A stretch of DNA of 64,000 nt from an uncultured Planctomycetia bacterium. GTDB lineage: Bacteria > Omnitrophota > Gorgyraeia > Gorgyraeales > Gorgyraeaceae. This document shows positions 37,301 through 52,300 of this stretch, piece by piece. Positions within the stretch are counted from its first letter, which is position 1. Each line of letters starts with the position of its first letter. Location: contig CAYPYS010000001.1 in NCBI GenBank assembly GCA_964415355.1, forward strand, positions 215,399-279,398. Reading direction: 5' to 3'. The translations under genes and the position numbers were made by a program. The notes under the pieces are model-generated. The model searched no databases, was not told where the DNA came from, and saw only the letters and a program-made list of their open reading frames with translations.

Positions 37301-40300
37301 TAGAGGCCTCAGTGAGAGAAATTGATGCTCTATCCACAGTAATTTTCTGAATTTCGCCATCAACTTCAAGATATAATCCGCGTACTGGCCCGTTTAGTTG
37401 CTCAGCGCTCCTGCTTCCCTCCTGAACAATGATTACATCTGCCTTAGCATGATAAAACATAGCTATGTTCAGAGCACCGATTGGGTAAACACCTATAATA
37501 GTCCCGGTGCTACTATTTCCGGCCTGCTGTTTCTGCTCAGTAAAATAACCGAACAACTCATTGCTACTAAGCATAACCCCAGTAATAAAGCCTTGGCCGA
37601 GCCCAAAGAAATCCCCACCAGCCACGGATGAGGTGATTCCCAGCGAAGCCCACCCGGGCCATATTGCTATTCTTAAAACCTGCATAAGTGCAAAAATTAC
37701 AAAAGCTATCCAAAGAATATGCTCAATGATCTTTAAAGCACTGTTAATCTTCTGAAGACGAATTATCCTTTGAGACCTCGGTAGAACTATAGCTCCTCCG
37801 TCTGGCATTTCAATCAATCTGGACTGCACTTCATTCCAAAATTCCTTATACACATAAGCCCCGAACCTGATTCTTGCAATGCTAAATACAAAGAAACACA
37901 ACCCCAACCCTTGTCCTAATTCGGATGAAAGACCAAAAAACCCTCCTGCTTCTCGCCCTAACAGCCTTAGAAAAACAAATTTTCCTATGATTATAAATAA
38001 GTCCGCTATATTCGTCCAACCTCCAAAACCAAAGGGGATATAGTCACGATTATATTTATATACAATTTCTTCCCAGAAATTTGAAAACCAACTGCCTAAC
38101 ATTAAACCAAATAAAGCTAGATAAAAATTTGAAAATAATCCAAAGATTTGACTCTGGATAGCAATTTTCCATATAAATACGCCTAAGGTTATAAATACTA
38201 GTGCTGCGCTTAAAAAAGTCCTTAAAGGATTTTCTAAACGTGGGGTTTTAATTCCCCAGTCTTTCTTATCTGCTATGTAGCCAGCTACCCTCGCTATCAG
38301 AAACCCGACCAAAACAGACATGCCAATAACAATAAGCGGTGGTGCAGTCTCCCATAAAAAGTAGTGTAACTTTTCAAGCATATCAAATCCTGTCCTTGAA
38401 GACAGGTTTAATCTTGAAATCAAGGACAGGTTGCCAGCTGAAATAGCAAATGGTACAAGCAACAAGGCGTTGTTTTTCTGTTTTAAACTAAAAAAGATAT
38501 AATAAAAAAGCGAGACTAACATACTGGTGGCCAAGATTAAACCCCATATCAGCAACGTAGAATCAGATTGTATGGCTACCCATGTAACAGCCCATCGATA
38601 ATATAACCAATACGTCACTAGCATAGGCCCGACTGTAAGTATTAGTGCTCGCGCCATAGTTTTGCCTCGATCAGGGAAGAAAGAATTCTCAGACCAAAAA
38701 GCTCGTCTAAGCGACTTCGCTGCTATGGCCGTAGGTATAAAAACTGCTATGATGAGCCAACCAGCCATGGGAAGAGACAATAAACCTCTATAAATTGCTA
38801 AGGTAAAAGCCGTCAAACTAAACACGACCAAGGTATGTTTCTTACGCTGCGTATTATTAAACCACGCTTCATCATGTTCGCACCATCCGCTATAAGCTTG
38901 AATTTTTTGTCCCGAAATTTGTAACCATCTCCATGAAATTGTCAACATAAGGACAATTATTGGCAAGACAAGGATAACTAGTAGGTCAAATTCTGACAAG
39001 CCATATACCGCGCCATACAAAATCGTACCGGTCCCGAGCATCAAGATAACCAGGATAAAGATCAATACAAAAGATCTCCAGCCTAAAGATATCCAGCGCG
39101 GGACCTTTGATGCGTATTGTTCGTAATCACTTCCAAACTTATCTTTTAAATAACTCTCTTCTTTTATCGACTCTTTTTTAACAGACGAGCTAGTTTGAAG
39201 CGCCACGAATAATCCTGATATTAACGCGATTATCCAGGTAAGGGTCTTAGCATCCATTGGATAGAATAGCGTTGCAATAATAGAGGTTATAAAGCTAGAG
39301 AAAATTATAACATAACTAATGTATATGGGATTTCTGGTCCATCTGTAAGGGCCTTTGGCAACAAGGGCATCGGGGTAAATTTCACAACGAGTAATGATAA
39401 GATGTGGATCTATATATAGGTGTGCGTAATTGAGGAAAATACAGCTGGCAACTAAAATGCTTGCCGGCCAAAGCAAGATAGGATCGATAAGACCTAGAAT
39501 AAAGGCAAAAATTACAGAAACAAGCAACTGTCTTTGTTCGCACTTAAGATACCGCCATAGACGTATAAGGGCATAAGCAGAAATACCTAAAATGACAGCA
39601 ATCAGTTTTATGTTCACCTCTGGCGGTGGCTGATTCTCGACAAAGTGCCGTAAATTTTCAAGGATATTGAGCTGACTAAATCTGTCATTGCGAGCAATGA
39701 CAGATGGAGACACCTTAGCAAACAAGGAAACGCCTAACATGAAGCTTGAATTATCCTGATCGGATATGAGGGTGATTGCCGCAAGATTTGCCAGAGGGTG
39801 AGAGGCAATAAGGCTATGCTGTATGCGCAATGGTTCAGGATCAGCTTTAATAAGTCCCAGCTTTATAGCTAGTTCTACAGTCTCAAGACGTTTTTGAAGT
39901 CTGATAGTAGGTTTCACAGCCCGTCCCAAATGAGATAGTCCTAGATGTTCTCTTGCATTACTAAAGGTTATGCTAACATTGGACTGCGGGATAGATATCC
40001 TCTTGGAAATCTCTTTATTTGTCAGCCCTTGAGCCATAAGGGTTAATATTTCTTTTTCCCTATCAGTAAGCTGAGACATCTTTACAAGCTTTTTAAGTGG
40101 CTCAGGATCAGCTTTAATAAGTCCCAGCTTTATAGCTTCTTCAACAGTCTCAAGACGTTTTTTAAGTCGTGCAAGCAAGTTTCCCCATCCCAAAGGAGAT
40201 AGCCCTAGATGTTCCCTAGCACTTCGATAGAGTGCATTAATATTTGGCACTGTAGTAGAAAGCTTCTCAGCGATCTCTTCAATTGTCAATCCTTGAGCCA

Positions 40301-43300
40301 TAAGAATCAATATCTCTTTTTCTCTATCAGTAAGCTGAGACATCTTTACAAGCTTTTTAAGTGGCTCTGGGTCAGCTTTAATAAGTCCCAGCTTTATAGC
40401 CCGATTAACAGTCTCAAGACGTTTTTTAAGTCGCGTAGCCAAACTCTTACCATGTCCCAAAAGAGGTAGTCCTAGATGTCCTCTGGCGCCTCGATAGCGT
40501 GCATTAATATTTGGCACTGTAGTAGAAAGTTTCTCAGCGATATCTTCGATTGTCAATCCTTGAGCCATAAGGATCAATACCTCTTTTTGCCTCTCACTTA
40601 GACGAGGTGTATTGATAAGCTCTCTAAGTGATTTAGGATCAGCTTCAATAAGTCCCAGTTTTATAGCCCGCTCTACAGTCTCAAGATATTTTCTAAGCTG
40701 CATAACCAAGGTCTTGCCACGTCCCAAAGGAGGCAATCCTAAATGTTTTCTGGCATTACTAAAGGTTATGCTAACATTGGACTGAGAAATAGAAAATTTC
40801 TCAGCGATCTCTTCGATTATCAGTCCTTGAGCCATAAGAATCAATATCTCTTTTTCTCTATCAGTAAGCTGAGACATCTTTGCAAGCTTTCTAAGTGGCT
40901 CAGGATCAGCTTTAATAAGTCCCAGCTTTATAGCCCGCTCCACAGTCTCAAGACGTTTTTTAAGCCTGATAACATGGCTCACGCTTTTTCCTAAATGAGA
41001 TAGCCCTAGATGTTCTCTGGCGCGTTGATAGTGTTCATGAATAGTGTCTATATTAATAGCGATTTCTTCAGCGATCCTTTTATTCGTCAGTCCTTGAGCC
41101 ATAAAAGTTAATACCTCTTTTTCCCTCTTACTTAGACGAGGTGTATTGATAAGCTCTCTAAGTGATTTAGGATCAGCTTCAATAAGTCCCAGTTTTATAG
41201 CCCGCTCTACAGTCTCAAGATATTTTCTAAGCTGCATAACCAAGGTCTTGCCACGTCCCAAAGGAGGCAATCCTAAATGTTTTCTGGCATTACTAAAGGT
41301 TATGCTAACATTGGACTGAGAAATAGAAAGTTTCTCAGCAATTTCTTTATTCCTCAGCCCTTGAGCCATAAGGGCTAATACCTCTTTTTCCCTGTCAGTA
41401 AGCTGAGACATCTTTACAAGCTTTCTAAGTGGTTCAGGGTCAGCTTTAATAAGTCCCAGCTTTATAGCTAGTTCTACAGTCTCAAGACGTTTTTTAAGCC
41501 TGGTAGCAGGTCTAACAGCTGGTCCCAAATGATCTAGCCCCAGATGTTTTCTGGCGTTTCCATAGATTACATGAATATTGGAAGAGGAAACAAGAGAGAA
41601 AGTCTTAGCAATCTCTTTATCTGTTAACCCTTGAGCCATAAGGATCAATACCTCTTTCTCTCTATCAGTAAGCTGAGACATCTTTACAAGCTTTCTAAGT
41701 GGTTCAGGGTCAGCTTCAATAAGTCCCAGCTTTATAGCCCGCTCTACAGTCTCAAGACGTTTTTTAAGTTGTACAAGCAAGTTCCCGCGTCCAAAATGAG
41801 TCCGCCCTAAAAGATGTTTGTGGGTATTCCGGAAGATTTGACCAACATTACCCTTGGTAATAGAAAGCTCTTTAGCGATCTCTTCATCCCTCAGCCCTTG
41901 AGCCATAAGGGTCAAGATCTCTTTTCTTCTTGGAGACAAGTAAGGTGGATTTATAATTTGCCTCAATAGCCTGACATCAGCATCAATCAATCCGCGCTCT
42001 ATGGCTTGGTTTAATCCATAATCAGTTGAATAGGCTCTGTCCAGGGCCTGCCTAAACGCGATATCTATATCCTGGGTATGTTCAAGGCCTGATCGCTGTA
42101 AGGCCTTTACCCATATGAGAAATGCGTACAAAAACTCTCCGCCTTTTAGTTCTTCAAATGCATCCGTAACATCCCCATAGCTTTGTCCTATAAGTCTGCC
42201 CTTCCACGCCTTCATCAAGTTAACTACATCTTCTTCCATCTCCTCTGTTTTTATTGAAAATATAATCGCATTCCTCAGCTTATTAATTAACTGATCACTC
42301 AATGCTTTCCAGCGCTGGCGCTTCATGTGCCAGAAATCATCCGAACAATCAAGAATCTCATCCCAGCCGTCAAACCTAACAAATGCCCTACAAAATAGCC
42401 TGAGAAGCGATTCTGTTTCAGTATCGGCGGAAAGAATTCCCTCAGGCACAGAACTTGAACTAACAACAAGATCCGCATATTGGTCGTGTCCGTCCATTGG
42501 CAGATCTTTAACTATCTGTTCCGGAAAGGCTACGGCCACCTTAAAGGCCTCCGGCATCTCTTCAAGAAGCCTGTCATAATATCCGCCTCCTCTTCCAAGG
42601 CGCTTCCCCTCCCTTGTGAACAGAAGCCCTGGGACAAGGATCAGGTCAGGGGCCCCACAAAACAACTCGCACGATTCTTTGGGCTGCAAAATGTCATACG
42701 GACCGGTCTCCAGATTTTCTCCAAGATTCTGTATTATACGAAATAGGAGAGCATGCGTTTCATCTTCTTTATCTACGCAGGGAAGGGCTACGGTTTTACC
42801 CTGTTCGAGAGCTTCTTCAATTAAGGGGACAATTTGTGGTTCAAGAGGCATAGGATAATACAGAAATACCACTTTTGTTTTCTCCCAGCGCTGCTGAAAC
42901 AACTGGTGTTCTTCCAAGGCTTTAAAAAGAGATTCGTTTCTTTGAATTGCTGCTCTTTTATCGAGCTTTCTTAAGCGCTTCTTCGCCATCGCCCTCAGCT
43001 GCTCTTTTTGCTCGTGAATATTAAGTTTCTTTCCTTTTTTAATAGCTATTACTACCGCTATGATTGCAAATGAAGAAACTGCCTGCGAGTGTAAGACGAA
43101 CTGCTTTAAAAAACGCAATGATATAAAGTCATAGAATTTCAGCAAAATAAATACAAAAATAATCCCCAATATTATACGAAAGATAAGATTCCTAATAGTA
43201 TTTCCTTGAGCAACCACTATATCGTCTTCCTGGTAACCTGCTTTCTTAAGATTTTCAACCGCTCGACCTTTTATCCTCTTCATTTCTCTTAAACCCAATG

Positions 43301-46300
43301 CGCTTTTGATGATAAGAGCCGCGCTCAAAATTAGAAATATTGAAAAAGCTATCGATATAAATAGAAATCTTCTATATATATCCTGAATAAAAACGGCCCG
43401 GGCAAGCCCAAAGAAATCCCCACCAGCCACGCCCCGTACGAAATCTCCGATTTGCGTACGGGGCACGGTTGAAGCGATCCCCAAAGTAGCCCACCCGGGC
43501 ACAAATACCTTTGTCATTGCGAGGCCAAAGAGCGCAGTGACTCTTGTAGAAGTTTTCTTATCCGCAATGAGGCCACCTTTAATATCTTTATAAGAGAAAG
43601 CAGCGGCAGCCGCCGCTACAACTCTATTTCCCACCTCAAGTTTCCTTAAAATAGATGACACATTATTCATGGCAGGCGCTCTTCCTTCTCCAATGCCTAA
43701 TACTTCTGTTATCTCCCTATTGCTTAGGCCTTTCATTACTAATTGCAAGACTTCTTTTTCTCTGCCGCTGAGTTCATCAAAACCTTTCTCGCGATAAAAA
43801 GCATCATCTAACCTTATCAGCCCTTTTCTAATGGCTATTACCACTGCTTCTATTTTATTTGCTGCTTGTAGTTTTTTAAGAATAGGCTTTCTGTGTTTTA
43901 ACCCAAATGACTTATATCCTAGAGCAAGCGCCATTTCCTTATCAGAAAGGCCTTGCGCAAGAAGCAAAAGAATTATTCCTTGAAACACTGTCAACCTTGT
44001 TTTAAAAATCTCTTCGGTCGCAATCGAAAGGTTCCCGACAGATATCGTCTCAGCTTGACTACTAGCTCTCCCATCTGAATCCACATGCCTGCTAACATCA
44101 GGGAGAAATAAAACCTCGGCTACGCTGCAAGAAATGCGGCATAAGAAACCAATGCCCAAAGGAGTCCTGATGTATTTCCATATATAAGAAAGAAGTTGCG
44201 TTAGTTCATCTATAGCCTCTTGACATGGATTTAAATAAAGCTCCTCAACCGAAATCGAACTGAGCCCATAGGCCTTTGTAGCGGCATTTTTAAACCGTTT
44301 TATGTTATCCAGAACTTTTTGCAATAATGAGCTTATGCACGCTAATTGCAGCGGCGACTCTTTTATCTCTGTTTCTATAAATAATAAACAATCTAATAAA
44401 CTATTTAAAAGTTCCTTTGTTTCCCATAGGGTTTTCTTTTTTAATGTCCTCCTTCCGCGCCCGGATCCATTCTCATCCACGAATTCAAATAAGGCATTGA
44501 TTTTTATTCTTGCGATTGAAAAAGCAGTAATGATCTTGGTAAAATGAGGCCCCGCGCTCCCAGGAATTCCCGAAATATCATATGCTTTTACCCAACCAGG
44601 CGCAGGAGACCTTAAAAACTCCTCTGTTGCGTCGATCCATTTTCTATAGTAATCAAAAGCAGCATCCTTCACCAGGTCTATAGAGCGTGACGATAGAGGA
44701 AAATCTTTTTCTGTCAATACATTGCCTCTTTTAAAGTATCTTATGCGGATCGCATCTTCGCCCCAATATAAATCAACCACCTTCTCCGAAGTAGGCAGCC
44801 AGACTAAGACAGCATATTTTGTCACCCCGCCTATAAATAAACGACGCAGAGCCAAACCTTCCCTTAAAATAACCTGGGCAGATCTGGCTTCTGAATCTTT
44901 CACCGTAGCCTTTGTGCTCAAGAAACGAATTTTAGCCCCATTAATCCATATGCTTCTATGTGTTTCGCCGATAAAAGTCTCTTCCAAAACTGCAGGATAT
45001 GCCCTATCTAAATCCATATCAAGAATCAGGCCAACAAGATAATCTTGCAGTTTCATGCTATATTTATACACAGGCACCTCTTCCTTAATACCAATAATGC
45101 CCATATCGCGGCCATCTACGATAACATGCCTTTTCCCATTTTTAAAAGGGAACTCTAGACTACAAACCAGCTCGCAAACATCTTCCTTATACGCAACAAT
45201 CTCAGCCGATACTAGCTGCTTTGCTCCTGCCTTTTTATATACAAGTTTCCAAATTACCTTAAACCTTTCCATTCCCGGAAGAGAAAGCATATTGGAAGGC
45301 GCGACCCTTAAACACAAGCCCTCTAAGCCCGCACGTCCTCTTGCATCAAGGTCAGCTTCCTGATAGCCGATTAACCCCTCTTCCAAAAGCGATGGCACGC
45401 TTGCGATAGCCGGAGCAAATGCCATTGAAGCCAAAAATGGAACTACATTTCCTCTTATAGCCTCCCAGAATACAATACACCCATAGACTAACAAAGACGT
45501 CATGAGTAAGAAAAGCACAAGAAATAGCCAGCCTCTATACTTAAGCTTGCTAATATAGGCCTTATAGGCCTTGCCTTCTGGTGTTTTATGCGCTCCTAAA
45601 AATAAAATAGCTATAAATTCCGGGTATAGCCTGCCCAATAACGACAATAAACCAAGCATGCTAAACCAGGCCACAGCTATTCCAGCTACCCCCCATGCTG
45701 CCTGAAGCGCCAGGGTATATGGTAAAATAAATATTGATATTAAAAACGTAAGGAAATAGCTTCCAACCCCCCAATATAAAACAGCAAATGCAAAATGTTC
45801 CAATCTCCCATGCCTAAACATACGAATTCCAAACGATATAATATAAAAAATTAAAATTGCAAGCAAAATCATAGTAAACCAAATTCCCGGTTTGTCAAAA
45901 AGCGCGATCAATTTATCTATATCCGGATCCGGCGGGCCGTTTTCCCATAGAGAATAACGCAGGATTTCCTGGATGCTGGAGAATGAAACCCACAATGCCG
46001 CCAGAGAAAAATTTAAATTCGAACCTGATGAGTCTTGCTTGCCAATGCGGTCGTCAACTGACGTAGTCAGTATTTCCAAACATTCATCTTTAAGCATAAG
46101 TTTGGTTAAAGATGGTATTATTTTCTCAAAATCGCTTATAATGCGATTTGCCGTATCTACCTGTTCATCTGTAGCTACTCTCTCTCCATCAAACTCCCAA
46201 TGCTCTACTCCCCATGACCAATATCTTAAGAATACCCAGAAGTATATAATGACAAAAATCGGCTGGATAGCAACACTGGGTTCATAGTCTGAAAATATAG

Positions 46301-49300
46301 GTATCCATATACCGTTAAAATGTGATTTCAATCTAAAATAATCTAAAGAACAAAAACTGCTTATTGTGCTGTGACTTCTGCTCCCACCCCTAACCCATTG
46401 CTCAAGAAGCCAATCAGCCCCGTCTTCCTGCGCTTCGACTGACAGATACACTCGTATTGGCTCATCCTTCCTATTTCTAAACTCTAACCCACATGCCATA
46501 TCTTTTTCTGCTTCTCTACTAAGATAGTTTTCGATTTGCTTTAAAGCTACATCGGAATCGCCAACAATACCAAGCTTTTCCTTTAGTGCGCGCATCAGAC
46601 CTCTTGCAACTATGGGTTCATATGAGTAAAAGAAAAGTTTTGCTACATGCGCCATGAACTCTGATTCTAAAGTTTCCTCAAAAATATCAAAAGGATAAAT
46701 TTGTAAACCTATCTCATCAAATACACGCGTCAATATGCCATTCTTGACTTCAGCAAAGCCTCTTTCGATCCTTATTTCTTTTCTACCCTGCCATAGTATT
46801 TGACCGGCTAAGAAAAAGCCACCATTTGGACCTGTTGCAGCATTCTCAATGACGCCGTCAGGATGTTCCTCTAATACTCGCCCGGGCATTACAAATGGAT
46901 ACGCTTTCACAAACCTGCCTTCTACGCGCCTTGCCAACCCATCCACTATCTCTATCTTCGCGCCTGACCATAAAGCATTCCTAGAATCAGGACCATTATG
47001 ATAAAGATGAGTGCCAACTGCGCCATATATATCGGTACACCTATAATCCTCGAATACTATAATGCCATTATTTACTTTTATATTATGGGCCCACGCCAGG
47101 GCGCCTACGCCCCCTCTTCCAGTTTTAACCTCATTATTCGAATCTGAAGAGATCCCTGTTATCACGCAATAGCCTTTTTTGCCATACCTATCGAGAAAAT
47201 CTCCTGGTACCATGCCTGGAAAGGCATTTATAAAAGTACCCTCTACCAGCTTCCCATCCTCTATTACCGCATCCACAAATAGCGCATTTTTTCCTTCTGG
47301 GCCAATATCGCGGATCAATTCTCCTGTTGCATTATAGACCTTTGTTACACGCCCTTCTTTATCATCTGAGTTTACCTTTTCTACTCGCAGCATTAGTCCT
47401 TCCTCATTCTCATGTCCTTTCCACTTATCCCACCATGGCTTTACTAAATAAAGGCCTCCTCTATTATTCAACTTTGCATCGAGCACCACACAATCAGGGT
47501 AACGTTCAAATAAATCTCCTGGCACACGAGGAGGAAACGTCCCTACAAAAGTACCTCCGACTAACTGACCGTCTACTATAGTGCCTCCATCATATATAGC
47601 ATTTATTCCTTCACCTCTGCGATAACTGCGGATATCTCCTTCGTCTCCTTCTAGCATTACCATCGATATAAACATTAAACAAAATTCCTGACTAGGCAAC
47701 AATCCTTGCGTCATTGTGAGTGCCGTAAAAATAATGCCCAAGAGCAAGGTGAGATTATTTTGGTCGAATTCAGGAGGTTTATTAAATAACGCCATGATTA
47801 CTATGGCGACAGAGGCTATTAGCAGAAATACATCTGCCAGGTTCGCCACATCAAAACCTAGAATAACTATCCAATTTACAACATAGCCTGTAGTTAATTT
47901 TTCTGTAATGTTACCCAAAGTGCCTCCTGCTAAGATACCGAGCATAGCTAGCATAAAAGGCCAGGCTTTTGTATTTTTCCAGTGCAAGAGAAACCATAGG
48001 ATAAGAGAGAACATTAGAGTAGTTAGAATAATAGTAAAAAATACATTCTCATTATCTTTTATAACTTGTATATGCGTAAGCTGAATAACTTGTCCAAATA
48101 ATGGTGTCTTAAGAAGGCTTTTAATGATATCTACATAAGAAAGCCCCTGCTCTGATAGCACATCAAGCTGTGCAGCCGTAAGTGCAACGGGAATATTCAA
48201 CTTAACCCACAGCTTAGTGCCAATATCTATCGCAAAGGCAAGGCATGCTGCAATAAACGCCATCAACCTGCGTCTATGCTGTTTAAGCCATGACCATAGA
48301 AATGGAAAGATAATAATAGGAGCTTGAGAAGCAAACCTTACGCTGGACCTGAACATCGCGATAGGGTTAAAATTTATACGTGAACTATGCAAGAAAACTA
48401 TTTCTCCTCCCACAGATTGATATAATATAAAACATCCTTTAAAGAATAAGGAAAACATGAGACTCAAAATCCCGCACCAAAAAATAAACTTCCATTGAAG
48501 CCCAGTATTTTCCATTCCTGATATATCCAAAGAATATGCCTGTCTGTCCAGTGCATCTGTAAACTGTGCCAGCATTCTAGAGCACTCTGAATATGACGCA
48601 GCCATACCAAACCAGCCCAATACAATTATGTAGATACCCTGCGCTGCCTGAATAGCTAAATTTTGCGGCAATATAAGGCTCGATACAAAATATACCGCTA
48701 AATAACTCAAAGCGCTTTCTAATAAAGTCACGATCAAGAATCGCCGGAGTGACCAGCCTTGCTTTGCCCCGCGAATCCCAGAGAATACAATATAAGTAAT
48801 TAAAGTTGCAAGTAAACCCATAGTAAACCAAACTTCTATGTTGTCAAAAAGTCTGAATTCATGCGCAACCGACAAACATTTTTCTAAGCTCCCACTTTGA
48901 CATTGTTGAAGCGCAAGCTTAATGTTATCAGATAAAAGCGCAACTGGTGCAAGAAATAGGCCATATAATGGAGCTTTCTCTTGTTTTCTTGCTGAAGCAC
49001 ACGAAAAAATTGGTCTGTCAAAGTATAATAAATACACCAGAAAAACAAAAAACCCTACTATTTCCCCGGATATCATGCCGATGAAATCCAAAGGATCTTT
49101 TACCCTGCCAGCTATCCCTCCTAGAAAGTCTTTTGACCTATAGAATTCTAACCATAAGAAAATAAAAATAAACACAACAAACAAACCTGCTAATTTTATA
49201 ACAAGCTGTAATAGCGGCCTGTTATTTTGTGAAGGCCTGTCAAAAAACAAATAACCCATTATAAAAACAATTCCAGTCAGGCCAATAGAAATCCCATAAT

Positions 49301-52300
49301 GACTCAGCCAGCCATATATTGGGTAATAATTAACGATCAATTTTAGCTCTTCTGAACCCTGGTGTCGGATAAAATTACCTATAAAGCCAATTGCCAACGA
49401 TATACAGAGGGCTATGGATAAATAAAATATGACACGCTTTTCTTCTGCATAGTTACTCTTTTGATAAAGCTTTCCGCGGATATAGATAACGAATCCTATG
49501 AACATTGCTAATCCTAACAACATCCAACCAACCGGAATCAACCCAGGATCACCGAATCTAGACTGCCAGAAGGCAAGACATGCAAAACCAGCTATAAGAA
49601 GCGCATCGACTATGCCGACTATGATCGTTACAATGCGGGATTTTTTTGAGAGGTGCAATAAGAGGAAACCAATGCCTACTACTGCGACTATTAAGAAGAA
49701 GAATCCAAGTAAAAGCGCCCAATCAGGCGGGCCATGTTGCCAGATAGAGTGATAGAAGATTTTGTGGATGCTGAATATGTCATTGCGAGTAAAGTGACGC
49801 AATCCCGTTGAGATTGCTTCGTCGCCCATAGCTCCTTGCAATGACATGCTTGTATCAACAATAGGTGCAGAGATAATAAGCAAGCCTTTGCCAGAAAAGC
49901 CACTAGGTTTGCCTGCATCCAAGGAATATACCGACATAATCCAGCACGCAAAGGCAACAAATACACCTCCGAGCATTGCTACTACATCCAATACATCATT
50001 ACTAAATACACCTTTTAGAAAAGGACCTACATCATATAGCTCATTAAGGGTGAATAAATAAATTACTCCCACAACACCTAAGCAACGCACTAACCACACA
50101 GCCCAATTATATAGTTTCAACTTCAACAAAAATCTACACAATACTTCAATAATTATAAAAAATAATATGGCGATAAAAATCGCTGAACCAAAATTAGGAA
50201 ACCAACCGTATATGGGTTTATAATGATCGATAATACCGATACAACCTAAGCCTTGAATCACGTCGCCTGCTAAGGTAATTATTAATCCTAGCATAATACC
50301 AAAAAGACTAAGCGTAATAGCATTGGCCATAATATATTTTTTATTTTTATACGAATCCTTGATAAACTCGTCGACGTAGACTATAAATTTAAACGATAAG
50401 GCCACACAAATTACGCCCATCGTTCCAACAAGAAAAAGTCCTGCATCAACTTTTATGCCTTGTACAAATATAAACGCGAACCCAATAACTAAAAGAGCTA
50501 CGTTTGTTATCCCGACTATCTTGGCCAAAGGGCTAAAGGTCTTCATAATAACGGGTAATTTTTCTTTGTCTCTTGATAGCACTTCATTAGAAATCCATAA
50601 TGCCGTCATAAAAAATAAAAGCATCAGGCCAAAATATATAAAAGTAGCTGTGTCCCTCTCCGCACAGCTAGAAACCAAAGCCACATTATCTGTATCCAAA
50701 TAAAACAAGCTTCCGGTGATCCATCCTGGCTGCGTCGCCATTGCAAACATCTTAAAGATTTCTGAAAATCCATATATCGAACCATACAAAAGCGTACCAG
50801 TCAGAATAGTCAAGCCAATAAAGATAGAGATCAATGCAAAAGACCGCCAGTGCAAAGATATCCAGGCTGGGACTTTAGAGTTATACTGGTCATAATCACT
50901 TCCAAATTCACCTTTTAAATAGTTTTCTTCTTTCGCTCCTTCTTTTTTAAATAACGAGCTTGCTTCAAGCATTCCGCATAACCCTGATATTAATGCTATT
51001 GTCCAGGCAAGAATCTTGTTAGCATCTATCAGATAGAATGCCCCTGCGGAAATAGATACTATATAGACAGAAAAGATTATAATGTAACTAATATATTTAG
51101 GATTTCTAGTCCATCTATAAGGACCTTTGGTGGCAAGTTTATTAGAGTAAATTTTATAATCAGTAAAGACAAAATGTTTATCTATATGCAGGCATGCCCA
51201 GTTGAGTAATATATAGCTAGTAATCAAAACGGCTGCTGGCAAAAGTAAAATAGGGTCAATAAAACCTACTGCAAAGGCAAAGGCTATGGAGATAATCAAC
51301 TGCCTCTGTTCGCACTTCAGATGCCGCCATAGCCGCATCAGTGCGTAAATAGAAAGAACTAAAAGTACAGCGATCAGTTTTGTGTTCGCCTCTGGCGGCG
51401 CCTGAGGCTGGACAAAGTTCCGCAAATTTTCAACGGATGGAGACACTTTGCCAAATAGACTCGTAATTGGTATAAGCATAAGCACATCGTCCCAGACATC
51501 ATCATCTGGATTCCGGCTATTATGTCCTCCGCTTGTCTCTAATTTTTTCAGGTACGCAAATGCGCTGCGCATCTGTTTTGGGGTAAATTTTATTGTGACA
51601 TCTAGATCTAATCCCCATACAGTCCGTCCCCTGCTCCAATCTTCTAAGTCGCGAAGTTCCCCATGAAGCTCTTTTCTTCGTAGTTCTGATATATATTTAA
51701 CAGCCTCTCTTATATCAGGAGAAAATATATTACGAAACATAGCAAGGCCCACAATAAAGAAAATAACGGGCCATAGATTTAAATTTGGCAGCCTTGTACC
51801 GTTTTGGAATCCGTGCGCAACCTGTCCCAAGCCCCCAACCGAAGCGAGCAAGGAAACGCCTAACATGAAGCCTGAATTATTCTGGCCGGATTTGTGATAT
51901 TGAATCAAAAGCCTGATCAAAGGAATGCTTAATAAAATAACGCTCAAAAGAAATATATCTGCCATATTTGTAGGATAAGGATCATTAATGATAGACCACA
52001 GCCACCAGTCTGTGACTGAGCCCTGAACGACAATTTCCGTTATATTGCCAAGAGCACCACCTATAGCTAATCCACCTATGATATGCCAAAACGCCTTATT
52101 TGTTATTTTTAAACTTATCCATATAGCTAAGATGCCGATCAACAAACCTCCGAATGCAGTAGAGATTTCTGAATTAGTTGCAACATGCAGATAATGCGTA
52201 ACTTGAATAGCGCCTTCAAGCAGTGATGTCTTTGGAAGGTTTTGTATAATATCTACCCTTGAAAGTCCGCTACTTACTAATTCATCTACCTGAATAGACG

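Noticed and set aside
39830-42000. A non-coding tandem repeat or satellite (270/535-bp period)
   Set aside because: The repeats are in-frame within the stop-free giant ORF. They translate to well-formed GerE-type HTH units with conservative substitutions, so this is a coding repeat array.
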